This document shows positions 36,295-59,170 of a DNA stretch of 64,000 nt, piece after piece. The notes below the pieces were generated by a model. That model made no database searches, had not been told where the DNA came from, and saw only the letters and a list, made by a program, of their open reading frames with translations. Numbering within the stretch: the first letter of the stretch is position 1; each line of letters begins with the position of its first letter. The DNA comes from the human T2T-CHM13v2.0 reference genome, Homo sapiens. Position numbers and translations under genes: made by a program. The stretch lies in NCBI RefSeq assembly GCF_009914755.1, contig NC_060947.1. One strand, 5' to 3'.

Positions 36295-36950
36295 ATTTGT
36301 CTCTTTTTACAGTTTTTTACTTAAAGTCTCTTTTCTCTGATATAAGTATAGCTACTCTTGCTCACTTTTGTTTTTCATTTGTGTGAAATATCTTTTTCCA
36401 TCCCTTCACTTTCAGTCTATATGTGTCTTTACAGATGAAGTCAGTTTCATCAAAATTATTATTGATAAGTGAGGACTTACTCCTGTCATTTTGTTGTTCT
36501 CTGGTTGTTTTGTATATCCTTTGTTTCTTTCTTCCCTTCTTACTGCTTGTCATTGTGGTTTGGTTGTTTTCTATAGTAATAAGGTTGATTCTTTTTTGTT
36601 TCTTTTTATATCTGCTCTACTAATGAGTTTTAATACTTTTGTGTGTTTTCATAATGCTGATTATCTTTTCACTTCCAGATTCAGGACTCCCTTGAGCATT
36701 TCTTGTAAGGCCAGTCTGTTGGTGACAAATTCCCTCAGTTTTTGCTCATCTCGGAAAAACAAAACATCGGTTCGAGCATCTTTTCATATATTTATTAACC
36801 ACTAAGTTCCCTTTTTAACGAAATACCTACTTAAGTTTTCACCTGATTTTTATTGGGTTATTTGTCATTCTCTTATTGCTTTATGAGTTCTATACAAATT
36901 CTGGATACTATTCCTTTGTCAGCTATTTCTTTGTCCCATCTTTTTTTCTG
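36295..36950 (-). mobile_element. L1M fragments
   Basis: KDTYRLKVKGWKKIFH peptide. Confidence 0.7.
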
Positions 36951-37334
36951 TTTGTGACGTTTCTTTTTCAAGAAAGTATTACTTAGTGTTTTAGGAACAT
37001 TTTTGATTAAACATGTTTCCCGCTATGAGTTCTCAGAAATTTAAGAAATACACAAAGGAACCAGGTGGGAATTAAAATTCAGATCTCGCTTTACGACCTA
37101 AAATATAGAACTTTGCAGTAAAGCTAGATTAGAGAAGATAGCAAGGGCTTCTACCTACCTCTTCAAATTGAACTTACTCCCCCAGTCACTCTTGTGAAAA
37201 CTGTAGAACTGGATGGTGGAGACTTCAAAGGGACAGGAAGTTCTGCAAAGATGAGCCAACCTCTTAAGAAGGAAGTAGTAACAGTGCATGCCACTTGCTA
37301 GCAAGCTTTAGACCAGGAGGACTTTATGTAATAC

Positions 37335-37590
37335 TGTAGCTTAGTGGTTAAGAGTACAGGCTTTGGCAGCAGACTGCCTGACTTGGAAATGAGGTAGAGC
37401 CTACTTAATATCTGCGCGACCTTGGACAAAGTACAGAACCTCTCCATGCCTCAGTTTTCTTACCTGTAAGATGGAGATTAATATGGCACCTGTCTTATAA
37501 GTTGTTATGAGGGTTAAATGAGGTAACACATGTAAAATGCTCAGAATAGTGCCTAGGTCACAGTTAGCGCTCAAAAAATATTTGTAATAT
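37335..37590 (+). mobile_element. MIR followed by (GAT)n
   Basis: agtggttaagagtacaggctttgg...cctcagttttcttacctgtaagatgg. Confidence 0.85.
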
Positions 37591-40500
37591 GATGATGGTG
37601 ATGATGATGATGATGATGGAGACTATGTGGCACAGTCCTCCCGCCCACTAATATATGAGACATAGACCACTAAATTAAATCCCCTCAGTCCTCAGGGAGG
37701 GATATGGAAATAAGAGGGCAAGGAGAATAACCATTTCCCCTAACAACAATTAAGATGCTCTGTGGGCATTGAGAACACACGTGGCATAGTTCCCCCTTGA
37801 CAGAATTTTCTAGAACCTTGCTATACTTTCTTATTCTCAAGCTTCAATATTCATACGGTTCACCTAGAATTCTTAAAATGAAGTGGGTTTGGGATGGAGA
37901 TTGAGATTCTGCATTTCTTTTTTGAAAAAACTTTTAAATTTATTTTTAAATTTTTATTTTATTTTATTTTAAGTTCTGGGATACATGTGCAGGATGTGCA
38001 GGCTCGTTACATAGGTAAACGTGTGCGATGGTGGTTTGCTGCACCTATCAACCCATCACCTAGGTATTAAGCCCCGCATGCACTAGCCATTTATCCTGAT
38101 GCTCTCCCTCCCCTAACCCCTCCTGCAGGTCCCAGTGTGTGTTGTTCCCCTCTCTGTGTCCATGTGTCCTCATTCTTCAGCTCCCACTTATAAGTGAGAA
38201 CATGTGGTGTTTAGTTTTCTGTTCCTGTATTAGTTTGCTGAGGATAATGTCTTCCAGCTCCATCCATGTCCCTGCAAAGGACATGATCTCATTCCTTTTT
38301 GTGGCCACATAATATTTCGTGGTGTATATGCACCACATTTTCTTTATCCAGTCTATTATTGATGGGCATTTGGGTTGATTCCACATCTTTTCTATTGTGA
38401 ATAGTGCTGCAGTGAACATACATGTGCATGTATCTTTATAACAGAATGATTTATATTCCTTTGAATATATACCCAATAATGGGATTGCTGGGTCAAATGG
38501 TATTTCTGGTTCTTGGTCTTTGAGGAATCGCCACACTGTCTTCCACAATGGTTGAACTAATTTGTATTCTCCCAAACAGTGTAAAAGCATTCCTATCTCT
38601 CCACAGCCTTGCCAGCATCTGTCGTTTCTTGACTTTTTAATAATCTCCATTCTGACTGGGGTGAGATGGTATCTCATTGTGGTTTTGATTTGCATTTCTC
38701 TAACAATCAGTGATGGTGAGCTTTTTTTTTATATGTTGTCCACAACATATAAAATTGCTTTTGACATTCTTTTGAGAAGTGTCTGTTCATGTCCTTTGCC
38801 CAATTTTTTATGGGGTTGTTTCTTTTTTCTTGTAAATTTAAGTTCCTTGTAGATTCTGGATATTAGACCTTTGTCAGATGGATAGCTTGCAAAAATTTTC
38901 TCCCATTTTGTAGGTGGACTGTTCATTCTGATGATAGTTTCTTTTGCTGTGCAGAAGGTCTTTAGTTTAATTAGACCCCATTTATCAATGTTTGCTTTTG
39001 TTGCGATTGCTTTTGACATTTTCGTCATGAAATCTTTGCCCATGCCTATGTCCTGAATGGTATTGCCTAGATTTCCTTCTAGGGTTTTTATAGTTTTGGG
39101 TTTTATATTTAAGTCTTTTATCCATTTTGAGTTAATTTTTGTAAAAAGTGTAAGGAAGGGTCCAGTTTCAATTTTCTGCATATGGCTAGCCAGTTTTCCC
39201 AGCACCATTTATTAAATGGGGAACCCTTTCCCCATTGCTTGTTTTTGTCAGGTTTGTAAAAGATCAGATGGTTGTAGGTGTGCAGTTTTATTTCTGAGAT
39301 CTTTATTCTGTTCCATTGGTCTATGTATCTGTTTTGGTACCAGTACCATGCTGTTTTGGTTACTGTAACCTTGTACTGTAGTTTGAAGTCAGGTAGTATG
39401 ATGCCTCCAGCTTTGTTTCTTTGCTTAGGATTTTCTTGGCTATATGGGCTCTTTTTTGATTCGATATGAATTTTAAAATAGTTTTTTCTAATTTTGTGAA
39501 GAATGTCAATGGTAGCTTAATGGGAATAGCATCAAATCTATAAATTACTTTGGGCAGTATGGCCATTTTCACGATATTGATTCCTCCTATCCATGAGCAT
39601 GGAATGTTTTTCCATCTGCTTGTGTCCTCTTTAACTTCCTTGAGCAGTGGTTTGTAGTTCTCCTTGAAGAGGTCCTTCACTTCCCTTGTTAGCTGTATTC
39701 CTGGTTATTTTATTCTCTTTGTAGCAATTGCAAATGGGAATTCACTCATGATTTGGCTCTCTGCTTGTCTGTTGTTGGTGTATAGGAATACTTGTGATTT
39801 TGGCATATTGATTTTGTATCCTGAGACTTTGCTGAAGTTACTTATCAGCTTAAGAAGCTTTTAGGCTGAGATGACAGGGTTTTCTAGATATAGGATCATG
39901 TCATCTGCAAAGAGAAACAGTTTGACTTCCTCTATTCCTACTTGAATAGGCTTTATTTCTTTCTCTTGCCTGACTGACCTGGCCATAACTTCCAATACTG
40001 TGTTGAATAGGAGTGCTGAGAGAGGGCGTCCTTGTCTTGTGCTGGTTTTCAAGGGGAATGCTTCCAGCTTCTTGCCCATAAAGTATGATATTGGATGTGA
40101 GTTTGTCATAAATGACTCTTATTATTTTGAGGTATGTTCCATCAATACCTAATTTATTCAGTTTTTAACATGAAGGGATGTTGAATTTTATCAAAGGCCT
40201 TTTCTGTGTCTATTGAGATAATCATGTGTTTTTTGTCTTTAGTTCTGTTTATGTGGTGAATTACATTTATTGATTTGTATATATTGAACCAGGCTTGCAT
40301 CCTGGGGATGAAGTGAACTTGATTGTGGTGCATAAGCTTTTTGATGTGCTGCTGGTTTCTATTTGCCAGTATTTTATTGAGGATTTTTGCATTGATGTTC
40401 ATCAGGGATGTTAGCCTGATGTTTTCTTTTTTTTAGTTGTATCTCTGCCAGGTTTTGGTATCAGGATGATGCTGGCCTCATAAAACGAGTTAGGGAGAAG

Positions 40501-41790
40501 TCCCTCCTTTTCAATTGTTTGGAATAGTTTCAGAAGAAATGGTACCAGCTCCTCTTTGTACCTCTGGTAGAATTCAGCTGGTAGGCTATTTAATACTGCC
40601 TCAATTTCAGAACTTGTTATTGATCTATTCAGGAATTCACCTTCTTCCTGGTTCATTCTTGGGAGGGTGTATGTGTCTAGGAATTTATCCATTTCTTCTA
40701 GATTTTCTCGTTTATTTGCATAGAGGTGTCTATAAATAAATAATGTGTCTATAAATAATACTGTAAAGTATTCTCTGATGGTTGTTTGTATTTCTGTGGG
40801 GTCAGTGGTGATATCCCCTTTATAATTTTTTATTGTGTCTATTTGATTATTCTCCCTTTATCCTTTATTAGTCTAGCTAGTAGTGTATTTTATTAACTGT
40901 TTCAAAAAAACAGCTCCTGGATTTGTTGATTTTTTAAGGTTTTTTTTTTTTGTGTGTGTATCTATCTCCTTCAGTTCCACTCTGATCTTGGTTATTTCTT
41001 GTCTTCTGCTAGCTTTGGGGTTTGTTTGCTCTTGGTTCTCTAGTTCTTTTAGTTGTGATATTAGGGTGTTGATTTGAGATCTTTCTAGCTTTTTGATGTG
41101 AGCATTTAGTGCTATAAATTTCCCTCTTAACGCTGCTTTAGCTTCGTCCCAGATATTCTGGTACGTTATCTCTTTGTTCTCATTGGTTTCAAAGAACTTC
41201 TTGATTTTTACCTTAAGTTCATGATTTGCCCAGGAGTCATTCAGGAGCACATTGTTCAATTTCCATGTAGTTGCTGTGGTTTTGAGTGAGTTTCTTAATC
41301 TTGAGTTCTTATTTGATTGTGCTGTGGTCTGAGAGACTGTTGGTTATGATTTCAGTTCTTTTGCCTTTGCTGAGGATTGTTTTACTTCCTGTTATGTGAT
41401 TGATTTTAGAGTAAGTGCCATGTGGCACTGAGAAGAATGTATATTCTGTTGTTTATGGGTGGAGACTTCTGTAGATATCTATCAGATTCACTTGATCCAG
41501 AGCTGAGTTCAAGTCCTGAATATCCTTGTTAATTTTCTGTCTTGATGGTCTATCTAATATTGACAGTGGGTGATAAAGTCTCCCACTATTATTATCTGGG
41601 AATCTAAATCTCTTTGTAGGTCTCTAAGAACTTGTTTTATGAATCTGGGTGCTCTGGTACTGGGTGCATATGTATTTAGGATAGTTAGCTCTTCTTGTTG
41701 AATTGATCCTTTTACCATTGTATCATGCCCTTCTTTGTATTTTTTGATCTTTGTTGGTTTAAAGTCTGTTTTGTTAAAAACTAGAATTGT

Positions 41791-42239
<449 letters not shown>

Positions 42240-43141
42240 TTATCCAGCTTGCCGTTCTGTGTCTTTTAATTGGGGCATTTAGCCCATTTACATTTAAGGT
42301 TAATATTTTCAGGTGTGAATTTGATTCTGTCATCAGGATGCTAGCTGGTTATTTCACAGACTTTTTATGTGGTTGCTTCATAGTGTCATTGGTCTTTGTA
42401 CTTCAGTATGTTTTTGTAGTGGCTGATAACAGTTTTTTCTTTCCGTATTTAGTGCTTCCCTCAGGAGCTCTTGCAAGGCAGGCCTGGTAGTGACAAATTT
42501 CCTCAGTATTTGCTTGTCTGAAAAGGATCTTATTTCTCCTTCACTTATGAAGTTTAGTTTGGCCAGATAGGAAATTCTGGGTTGGAAATGCTTTTCTTTA
42601 AGAATGTTGAATATTGGCCCCCAATCTCTTCTGGCTTGTAAGGTTTCTGAAAAGAGGTCCACTGTTAGTCTGATGGGCTTCCCTTTGTAGGTGACCTGGC
42701 CTTTCTCTCTGGCTGTCCTTAACATTTTTTCCTTCATTTTGACCTTGGAGAACCTGATGATTATGTGTCTTGGGGTTCATCTTCTCATGGAGTATTTTAC
42801 TGGAGTTCTCTGGATTTCCTGAATTTGAATGTTGGACCTGTCTTGTTAGGTTGGGGTAGTTCTGCTGGATGATATCCTGAAGTATGTTTTCCAACTTTGT
42901 TCCATTGTTCCCCTCTGTTTCAGGTACCCCAATTATTCGTTGGTTTGGTCTTTTTACATAATCCCATAGTTCTCGGAGCTTTTGTTTGTTCCTTTCATTC
43001 TTTTTGCTCTAATCTTGTCTGTCTTATTTCAGCAAGATAGTCTTCAAGTTCTGAAATTCTTTCCTCTGCTTGGTCTATTTGGTTATTGGTACTTGTGGTT
43101 GCATTGTGAAATTCTCATGTTATGTTTTTCAGCTCCATCAG

Positions 43142-44212
43142 TATTGGGGGAACCCGCCCCCAATATTTCAACATAGGTTCTTTCTATTTTCCATACGTGT
43201 CGGCTGGCTGAGAAATAAAGAGAGACCGTACAAAGAGAGGAATTTTACGGCTGGGCCACTGGGGGTGACATTACATATCAGTAGGACTGTGATGCCCACC
43301 TGAGCCTCAAACCAGCAAGTTTTTATTAAGGGTTTCAAAAGAGGAGGGGGTGTAAGAACAGGGAGTAGGTACAAAGATCACATGCTTCAAAGGGCAAAAA
43401 GCAGAACTACTAATAAGGATCTAACAAAGATCACAAGGCAAAGGGCAAAAGCAGAACTATTGATAAAGGTCCAACAAAGATCACAAGGCAAAGGGCAAAA
43501 GCAAGAACCACTGATAAGGGTCTATTTTCAGCGGTGCACATGTTGTCTTGATAAACATCTTAAACAACAGAAAACAGGGTTTGAGAGCAGAGAACCAGTC
43601 TGACCACAAATCTACCAGGGTGGAGTTTCCCAACCCTAGTAAGCCTGAGGGTACTGCAGGAATCCAGGGCATATCTCAGTCCTTATCTCAACTGCACAAG
43701 ACAGACATTCCCAGAGTGGCCGTTTATAGACCTCTCCCCAGGAGCGCATTCCTTTCCCAGGGTATTAATATTAATATTCCTTGCTAGGAAAATAATTTAG
43801 CGATATCTCTCCTACTTGCACGTCCATTTATAGGCTCTCTGCAAGAAGAAAAATATGGCTCTTTTTGCCCGACCCCGCAGGCAGTCAGACCTTATGGTTG
43901 TCTTCCCTTGTTCCCTAAAACTCGCTGTTATTCTGTTCTTTTTCAAGGTGCACTGCTTTCATATTGTTCAAACACACGTTTTACAATCAATTTGTACAGT
44001 TAACACAATTATCACAGTGGTCCTGAGGTGACATACATCCTCAGCTTACGAAGATAACAGGATTAAGAGATTAAAGACAGGCATAAGAAATTATAAAAGT
44101 ATTATTTGGAAACTGATAAATGTCCATATTAAAATGAAATCTTCACAATTTATGTTCCTCTGCCGCAGCTCCAGCTGGTCCCTCCATTCAGGGTCCCTGA
44201 CTTCCCGCAACA
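43142..44212 (-). mobile_element. MER11 (HERVK11) solo LTR
   Basis: Minus strand starts tgttgcgggaagtcagggacc; internal caaagatcacaaggcaaagggcaaaagca repeats; flanks CATCAG/CATTGG. Confidence 0.9.
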
Positions 44213-45152
44213 CATTGGGTCATTTCTGTTCCTCTCTAAAGTGGTTATTCTGGTAAACAGCTCCTGTGATGATTTATCATGGTTCTTAGCTTCTCTGCGT
44301 TGGGTTAGAACATGGTTCTTTAGCTCAGTGAAGTTCATCATTACCCACGTTCTGAAGCCTACTTCTGTCAGTCCATCCATCTTGGCCTCCACCCAGTTCT
44401 GTGCCCTTGCTGGAGAGGTGTTATGATCACTTGGAGGAGAAGAGGCACTCTGGCTTTTTGAGCTTTCAGCATTTTTTTTGTTGATTCTTTCTCATCTTAA
44501 TGAGTTTACCTAGCTTTGATCTTTGAGGCTGCTGACCTTTAGATGGGGTTTTTATGGGGACTTTTTTGTTGATGCTGTTGTTGCTGTTGCTTCCTGTTTG
44601 TTTTTCTTTTAACAGTCAGGCTACTCTTCCATAGGGCTGCTGCAGTTTGCTTGGGGTCCACTCCAGATCCTAGTCACCTGGGTCCCTCCTGCACCTGGAG
44701 GTATCACCAATGGAGGCTGCAGAACAGCAAAGATGGCTTCCTGCCCCTTCCTCTGGGAGCTCTGTCCCAGAGGGGCACCAACCTGATGCCAGTGGGAATG
44801 CTCTTGTATAAAGTGTCTGGCGACCCCTATTGGGGGGCTCTCACCCAGTCAGGAGGCATGGGATCAAGGACCCACTTAAGGAAGCACTCTGGCTGCCCCT
44901 TGGTGGAAGGGGTGCACTGTGCTGGGGAGAAATCTTACTCGTCCACACTGCCTGGATTCCTCAGAGCCAGCAGGGAGAAAGACTAAGTCGGCTGATCCAT
45001 GGAGACTGTGGCTGCCCCTCCCCCCAGGGGCTCTGTTCCAGGGAGATCAGAGTTCTGTCCATAAACCCCTGGCTGGAGTTGCTGAAATTCCTGCAGCAAG
45101 GCCCCACCCAATGAGGAGGGTTGGGTTAGGGTCCAGCCTAAAGAGGCAGTCT

Positions 45153-45228
45153 GGGCTGAGCGTGGTGGCTCACACCTGTAATTCCAGCACTTTGGGAGGC
45201 CGAGGTGGGTAGATCACCTGAGGTCAGG
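45153..45228 (+). mobile_element. Alu 5' stub (3'-deleted)
   Basis: First ~75 nt of Alu only. Confidence 0.85.
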
Positions 45229-45915
45229 TGATATAACTGTGTCTCATGTTATATCACCTAGTAATGGACAAAGAAACAAAGACAGGGATTAAAGTTATGA
45301 CTGGTATTACTCAGCTTTTCATCTGCTGTGTTGAAAGCCAACTTATCATTTTTCACATTATTGTATACATCTAAAAGACATCATAAACGAAGACTGGAAG
45401 TGAAAACTGAAAAACTGAGAAAGTTTTATTTGTTGGAGGTAATGTGATTATGGTTGAAATTTTTATTTAATTTGTCTATTGTTATTGTTTTGTTTATGCA
45501 GTACAGAAAAGTCACAACTCTTTCTTTCTTAGCTAAGTTCACATTACTCTCTGATGTGCAATGTTTTCCAAGCAAATTCCTGTTCCTCAGGAAATTTGAG
45601 CTATTGTGAACTCTGCTCTGCCTTCTAAAACAACACAGCAATAATTAGATGTCTTTAAACCTCTTAAGGAAAGATAATTGCTTAAGGAAAGATCACTGTC
45701 TTGGCTATAAAAAGTTCACTATGAATTTGTTCTCAATGTTAAACATATAGCAGAAAATGTTCTGTATCTTTTAATATTGCTTATTAAATACTAGTAGAAA
45801 ATTTACTTTTTGTCAAGGTTCTACCTCCAGTGACTCCCCAGCAAATGCCTATGTATAGAATGGTAAGAAAAAACGCTCTTTTTTAATCATTCATTTGAGT
45901 TTATTAGAAAATTTT

Positions 45916-52078
<6,163 letters not shown>

Positions 52079-52454
52079 AATGCTTGGAATCAATTACACC
52101 CAATTGCTGTTAAATTTCTCCAATTTATCATGCTATACCTTGCATGAGTAGTCAAAGAGGACATAGTATACAAAGTATATAACACAAAGATAGTTTGAGT
52201 AATACGGTGGAAAGACTATATCACAAGATTGGAAACACCCTGGGATCAAGATCAAATTCTAATGATTTGCACAGCTATCGGACCTTGTGGTGTAACACAT
52301 GGATTATGCATTATGTGTTAGAAATGGTTTGTGAAGGAATTCATCGATTTTGTAGCTTGTTTTATTTAGGCTCTGCACAGAACATCTATACTGTATGATT
52401 GTTCACTTTATCTCGTGCAGCTGTTTGCTAGAGAACCATAAAGAAGGGTTTTGA

Positions 52455-52751
<297 letters not shown>

Positions 52752-53483
52752 AGAAAAGCCTCTTTTAAGATATCAAGAGTTGGATATATGGTTACAACTA
52801 CGAACAGAAAAAAATTATACAGATATTTTTAAATGGAAGGTAATCCATCCACATTCTTTTCTTGCATTGGAAAAAATGGCAGCTCTCTGAAAAATAATAT
52901 AGCACATGCCTTGTGAGATGGCTAACAGTAATAAAGAAAGGAACCCTGGAAATGGGGATGAAAAGAGATGCACAGAAGTGGAATAGTCAAGAGAAAGCTG
53001 CTTCAGAATTAATAGATAATCCAAAATAGGAATTATCAACATGCACATAATAGAGATTCAAGTATTAATATGGTTTAGTTTAGGTTACATTCTTGGTTTA
53101 TTCTAAGAGTTATGAACTACTGTTTGCTGCTGGTTTTTCTCCCCTTCTGAAGGATTTTATTGTTGTCTCATTTTGTTTTGTTTTATTTGCCATTTTGCTG
53201 TTTGGGATCACTTCTAGTCTATATTAATCAGGTTTAAAAAGTTGAACTGATTTTGCTGTTATCATATAAAGCTTCTAATGGGAGACATTGTTAATACAGA
53301 TAGAATATCTGGAATTTTTCTGATTCCAACTTTCTTTTAACTCATTTTTAGTTTATTGTTTATATTCTGCTTATTTGGCAAATTTTCATGATTTAAAATT
53401 TTTCTTAGTTAAAAATTGTTTGTAATCACTAGTTCTATTTGTAGCTTCAGTGCACTGCATAAATTTTATGCAATACAATACAG

Positions 53484-53571
53484 GTAATGGAAACTCTGAA
53501 GTCATTTAGTTGCTCCAGCCACACACCAATTAGCTCATGTTGTTTTTGCTGTTGGTCCATTCCAGAAAATG
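53484..53571 (+). pseudogene. Possible PICALM/SNAP91-like exon I
   Basis: Ends ...VAPATHQLAHVVFAVGPFQKM|gtaaat in the expected slot; acceptor and frame ambiguous. Confidence 0.3.
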
Positions 53572-53609
53572 GTAAATATACAGGAACATACAGAGGATAA
53601 CAAATATTC

Positions 53610-55130
<1,521 letters not shown>

Positions 55131-57173
55131 TTTGAGTCCTGTTTGTGGACTTCTCTATACATCCTCTATAATAATATACTGTATGTGCCAGTTAGTTTCC
55201 AGAAGAGGATTCGAGTATAATATGATACTAGGTGTGCATGCATGTTAGAACTATGAGTGAACCCAAGCCCAGAAAAAATAGACTTAGTAAGAATTTAAGG
55301 TAGAAGGAGTAGAACTGAGATACTCCACAGGTCAGGGTCCAAGTACCAAAGGAGTGTGGTAGATTCCAGGTTAGGCATCAGTAACCAAAGTCCATTTATT
55401 AGTATAACAGGGCTTGAGGCAAAAGTATGGGTTGCAGAAAAAACTATGAAGGGCTACGTAAAAAGCCAGGCTATTTCAGATTCTTTCCAAACAATGGTGA
55501 ACAGAACAGGGCCCATTTCCCAGGGAGAGAAGCTGACAGGAATCGGGTAAAAAGTAGACCCTAGCATTGACTTGACTACAGAATGAGAATCCCACTCCTC
55601 AGGCATGAATAACTATGGACCCAGGTGGACTGAAGGAGGTATATTCACCTAGGTTTCCTAAAAGGACTAGGTGCTCAGTCTAGTCACCACATGGGGCTAT
55701 TCCAGGGTGTACTATCTGATAGCATCACAGAAGTAGACCAAGATCTTCATCCTCAGGCAAGAGCAATTTCAAGGATTTCTAGGCAGCACTGGTTTGTAAG
55801 GCAAGAGGTCTTGGTACCTTGCTCACTTAGGCCCTTTGTTTGATACTGCAGAAGTGGCATCCCTGCACACTGAAGATAGCTAGGAACTGCTTCCAAATTG
55901 CTGGCATGGGGCTGAGACAGGAGGAAGGACTGGAAAACTTAAATGTTACTATCAACTAAAATTCTTTTAACTTCATTTTCACTTCTCATCCATTCTATAT
56001 ATATGTGGGTATTTTTTTAAGATCCAAGTGCTAGACTCTGTTAACCTTCCTCTTATTCAGTTGGGACCCTATCTCTAGTCTGTCGAGAAAATTAATGTTT
56101 CTGATTATATTTAATATATTCATTATCCTTTCCAATGTGTATGTTATTCACATGCTCAGTGAACATGTCCTCTACAACATTTTCATTGATAGATGAAGAT
56201 GAACAAGAAGATCAAGAACATAACCCTGTAGTGTATCACCAGAAACCTCTCAGCAGGTCAACATATTAACCCTTAGCCTTTGGTTATGAGTCATTTGAAC
56301 AGTTTCTAATTTACCCAGTTGTTCTTAAGTAAGCCCATATTTCCTCAATCAGTGAGGGAGAAGTGAGGGAAAAGATCAAGAGGAGGAAGCAGTAGGCTTG
56401 GTAAGCCATGCCAAGGAGTTTACACACTATCTACAGTCAATGAGGGTCCATTTAATGGTTTTAAACAGTGGAGGGAGATGGTCACAGTCTTATATTAATG
56501 GGTCTGTGCAACCTCCTTAGTTTGTTCTTCATTAATTGCTATTCTTTCATCTTTTGAATATAATTTAAAATCTGAGCTCATAAAGTAACTAGAAGAGTAA
56601 AACAAACTAAAGAGATGTCAAAGCCTTTCTAGTTCCACCTACGTCCTTGACCTGATGTGCTTGCGCTTCCTTCACTACTTTCATCTGGCAAATTTCTATA
56701 CATCCTTCACATTTAACCTGTAGATCGCCATATCAAATCATATGTTCATACTAAAGTATTTCATGAAAGATACATACATACCAGTATACATTTAACATGT
56801 TCCATGTCCACCTACAAACTTCCTTTCTTTTTCCTATGAGTATTATTGGCCTTGAGATGTTGGAGTTCTGTCTTGAAAAGAGTCATTTGTAGGCCTTACT
56901 TTGTGGCTAATTCATCCCTGCTTTTCAATAACTATTCTTTAGGTTTTCCACACTCTTTGGTCTGTCACACTTTATCACTAGCAGCCCCTTCACAGATACA
57001 TTTTCGTCTTTTTCTTTGCATCTGGCATTTAGCATTCCTTTCAATTGATGCTTATTAAATATTAATATAATATTTACTCTAGGGGGCTACTTGTTCTCAT
57101 GGTACTATTGTATTAGGAGAGCAATTAAATACTAATTAATTTTTAACTGATTGTTTTCTTTTACAATTCATAG

Positions 57174-57281
57174 GTTCCAACTCCATTGGGAGCTCCTTCT
57201 CTAATGGCACCTCAACCCATGATTCATACCCAGCAAGGCCTAAGGACCAGTAGTCCTTCCACTCCATCCCCAGAGCATCAG
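57174..57281 (+). pseudogene. PICALM-like exon J
   Basis: Branch point, pyrimidine tract and catag|...cag|gtacgt; 108 nt, phase 0-0, open; PTPLGAPSLMAPQPMIHTQQGLRTSSPSTPSPEHQ vs PICALM PPQMGSVPVMTQPTLIYSQPVMRPPNPFGPVSGAQ. Confidence 0.85.
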
Positions 57282-58176
57282 GTACGTTTGGGCTGTTGTT
57301 GCTAAGGGCCTTGGCAGAGATAGGCAGTCACTGGAGGCAGGATCAGTGTTATAATGGAGTTTTGCAACATAGCCATCTTTTGTATACTGTTGGTCTCTCA
57401 TAGAAGAAAGCATAGTTCTAACATTTTCATCATCATAGAAAGACACAGAACTGTGCAGACCTGGTGCAGACCTCTATAAACTTGTGTTGTTAAGCCTCAA
57501 CTGGCTTCTTATATTTATTCAGCCATCCTTTTATTCATTTATTTGTTTATTCAGTCAACAAACCCAACTGTGATTAGTATTGGAGAAGTGGCTAACTCAG
57601 TCTGGAGATTTCAAGGATGACTTACCAGAGAACTGATATTTAAGTTTAATAATAAGATTTAAAAATAGACAGAGAGTTAACAGAGTGAGAAAGCGTGCTC
57701 CAGATAAACACAGACACAGAGAGGGAAGCACAAAGCACCATGGGAACTCAAAGAACGGAATAATTAATTTAGCAAAGGAAGCTTTCAAGTACTGAATGAT
57801 AAAGAAGATTTCAAATAGTAGATGTATAGCGGATAGAAGAAGTTTGGCATTACAGGCAGAAAGAATAGGTTGAACAAAGAAGTGGAAGTAGGCAGTGGTA
57901 ATATGAGTGAGTATAGCTGAAGTGTATGGGAGAGTGTCATGATCCAGGTGTCCATTGTCTCAGAGTATTGTTTTCTAGAAGACTTTACAAGGTTTCTTCT
58001 TTCAGTCTTCAGCTGATGTGCTGAGCCCCCTGATACCTGAACATTTGTTTTAGGAGGAGTGACAAAGCTTCAGGTGTTAGATAATGAGAAAAATGACGAG
58101 AGTTTTGTATTAAAATATTTGTAATTTATTTCATAACTACAAATAAAAATATGTATAAATGATTAAATATTTACAG

Positions 58177-58302
58177 ATCTGTCTCTCATTCAGACGCAGT
58201 CCAAGTAGAGGTCCCAAAGCAAAAAGATTCAGATTCAGAAGTGAATAAAAAGATCTTTCAACAGGCTGAACTGAATCCTCCACATCTTCCAAGTAAAATA
58301 AA
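58177..58302 (+). pseudogene. Last coding exon, SNAP91-type C-terminus
   Basis: ttacag|; SPSRGPKAK/DSDSEVNK/DL across A-run slips vs SNAP91 SPKKPPAKDPLADLNIKDFL; unshifted stop at 58246; AATAAA at 58297. Confidence 0.55.
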
Positions 58303-58463
58303 CGTTTACTTGGAAGACATTCAATACTCTTGAAATTCTTTAATTTGACGTTTGGAGGTTATGTACTCTATTTTTCTTATTTTAATGGTTAATAATTCAC
58401 CTAACCCACTCTAGTCTTCCAACCACACCCCTTCCCTAACAAGTTCCTAAAAGCACGTGTGTC

Positions 58464-58813
<350 letters not shown>

Positions 58814-59170
58814 TCAGTAGCCACAGTACAAGCCTTACTTCATACCAGGTGTTCTTCAGTTGTTTGGCCCCTTTAGGGACTGCTACAGATCTAGTCATGA
58901 CTCTCATCTAATCCAGAGCCAGGTCCCTAGGTAAAATCTCAGGACTTCATCCCCTGAAGACTGCCATGGAGTGACAATTCGCTTCCTTCCTGTCCTCATA
59001 GCAAGGCTGATGGCATCATTTTGCTGAAATTGATTTCCTGAGCAGACTCTCCAGACTCCCAGCATGTAATTGCTGTAGCTGCTCTCTAAGTAACAGCAAG
59101 AGCAATGGTTGCCTATGATTCCTTGTCTTGGGCAGGGAGTGTGATCCCTGAGTAACTAACATAAACTCAC

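Noticed and set aside
40720-40765. Tandem GTGTCTATAAATAA duplication
   Set aside because: Routine slippage within a dead L1.
43370-43520. Spaced ~50-bp repeats resembling an array
   Set aside because: Internal tandem repeats of the MER11 LTR; not CRISPR.
55200-55960. Possible ancient LTR or unique regulatory block
   Set aside because: Cannot assign termini or family by eye.
58820-59090. KNTWYEV and QEINF peptides as CD84 terminal exons or a CD40-like tail
   Set aside because: Matches are too short and lack consistent splice sites.
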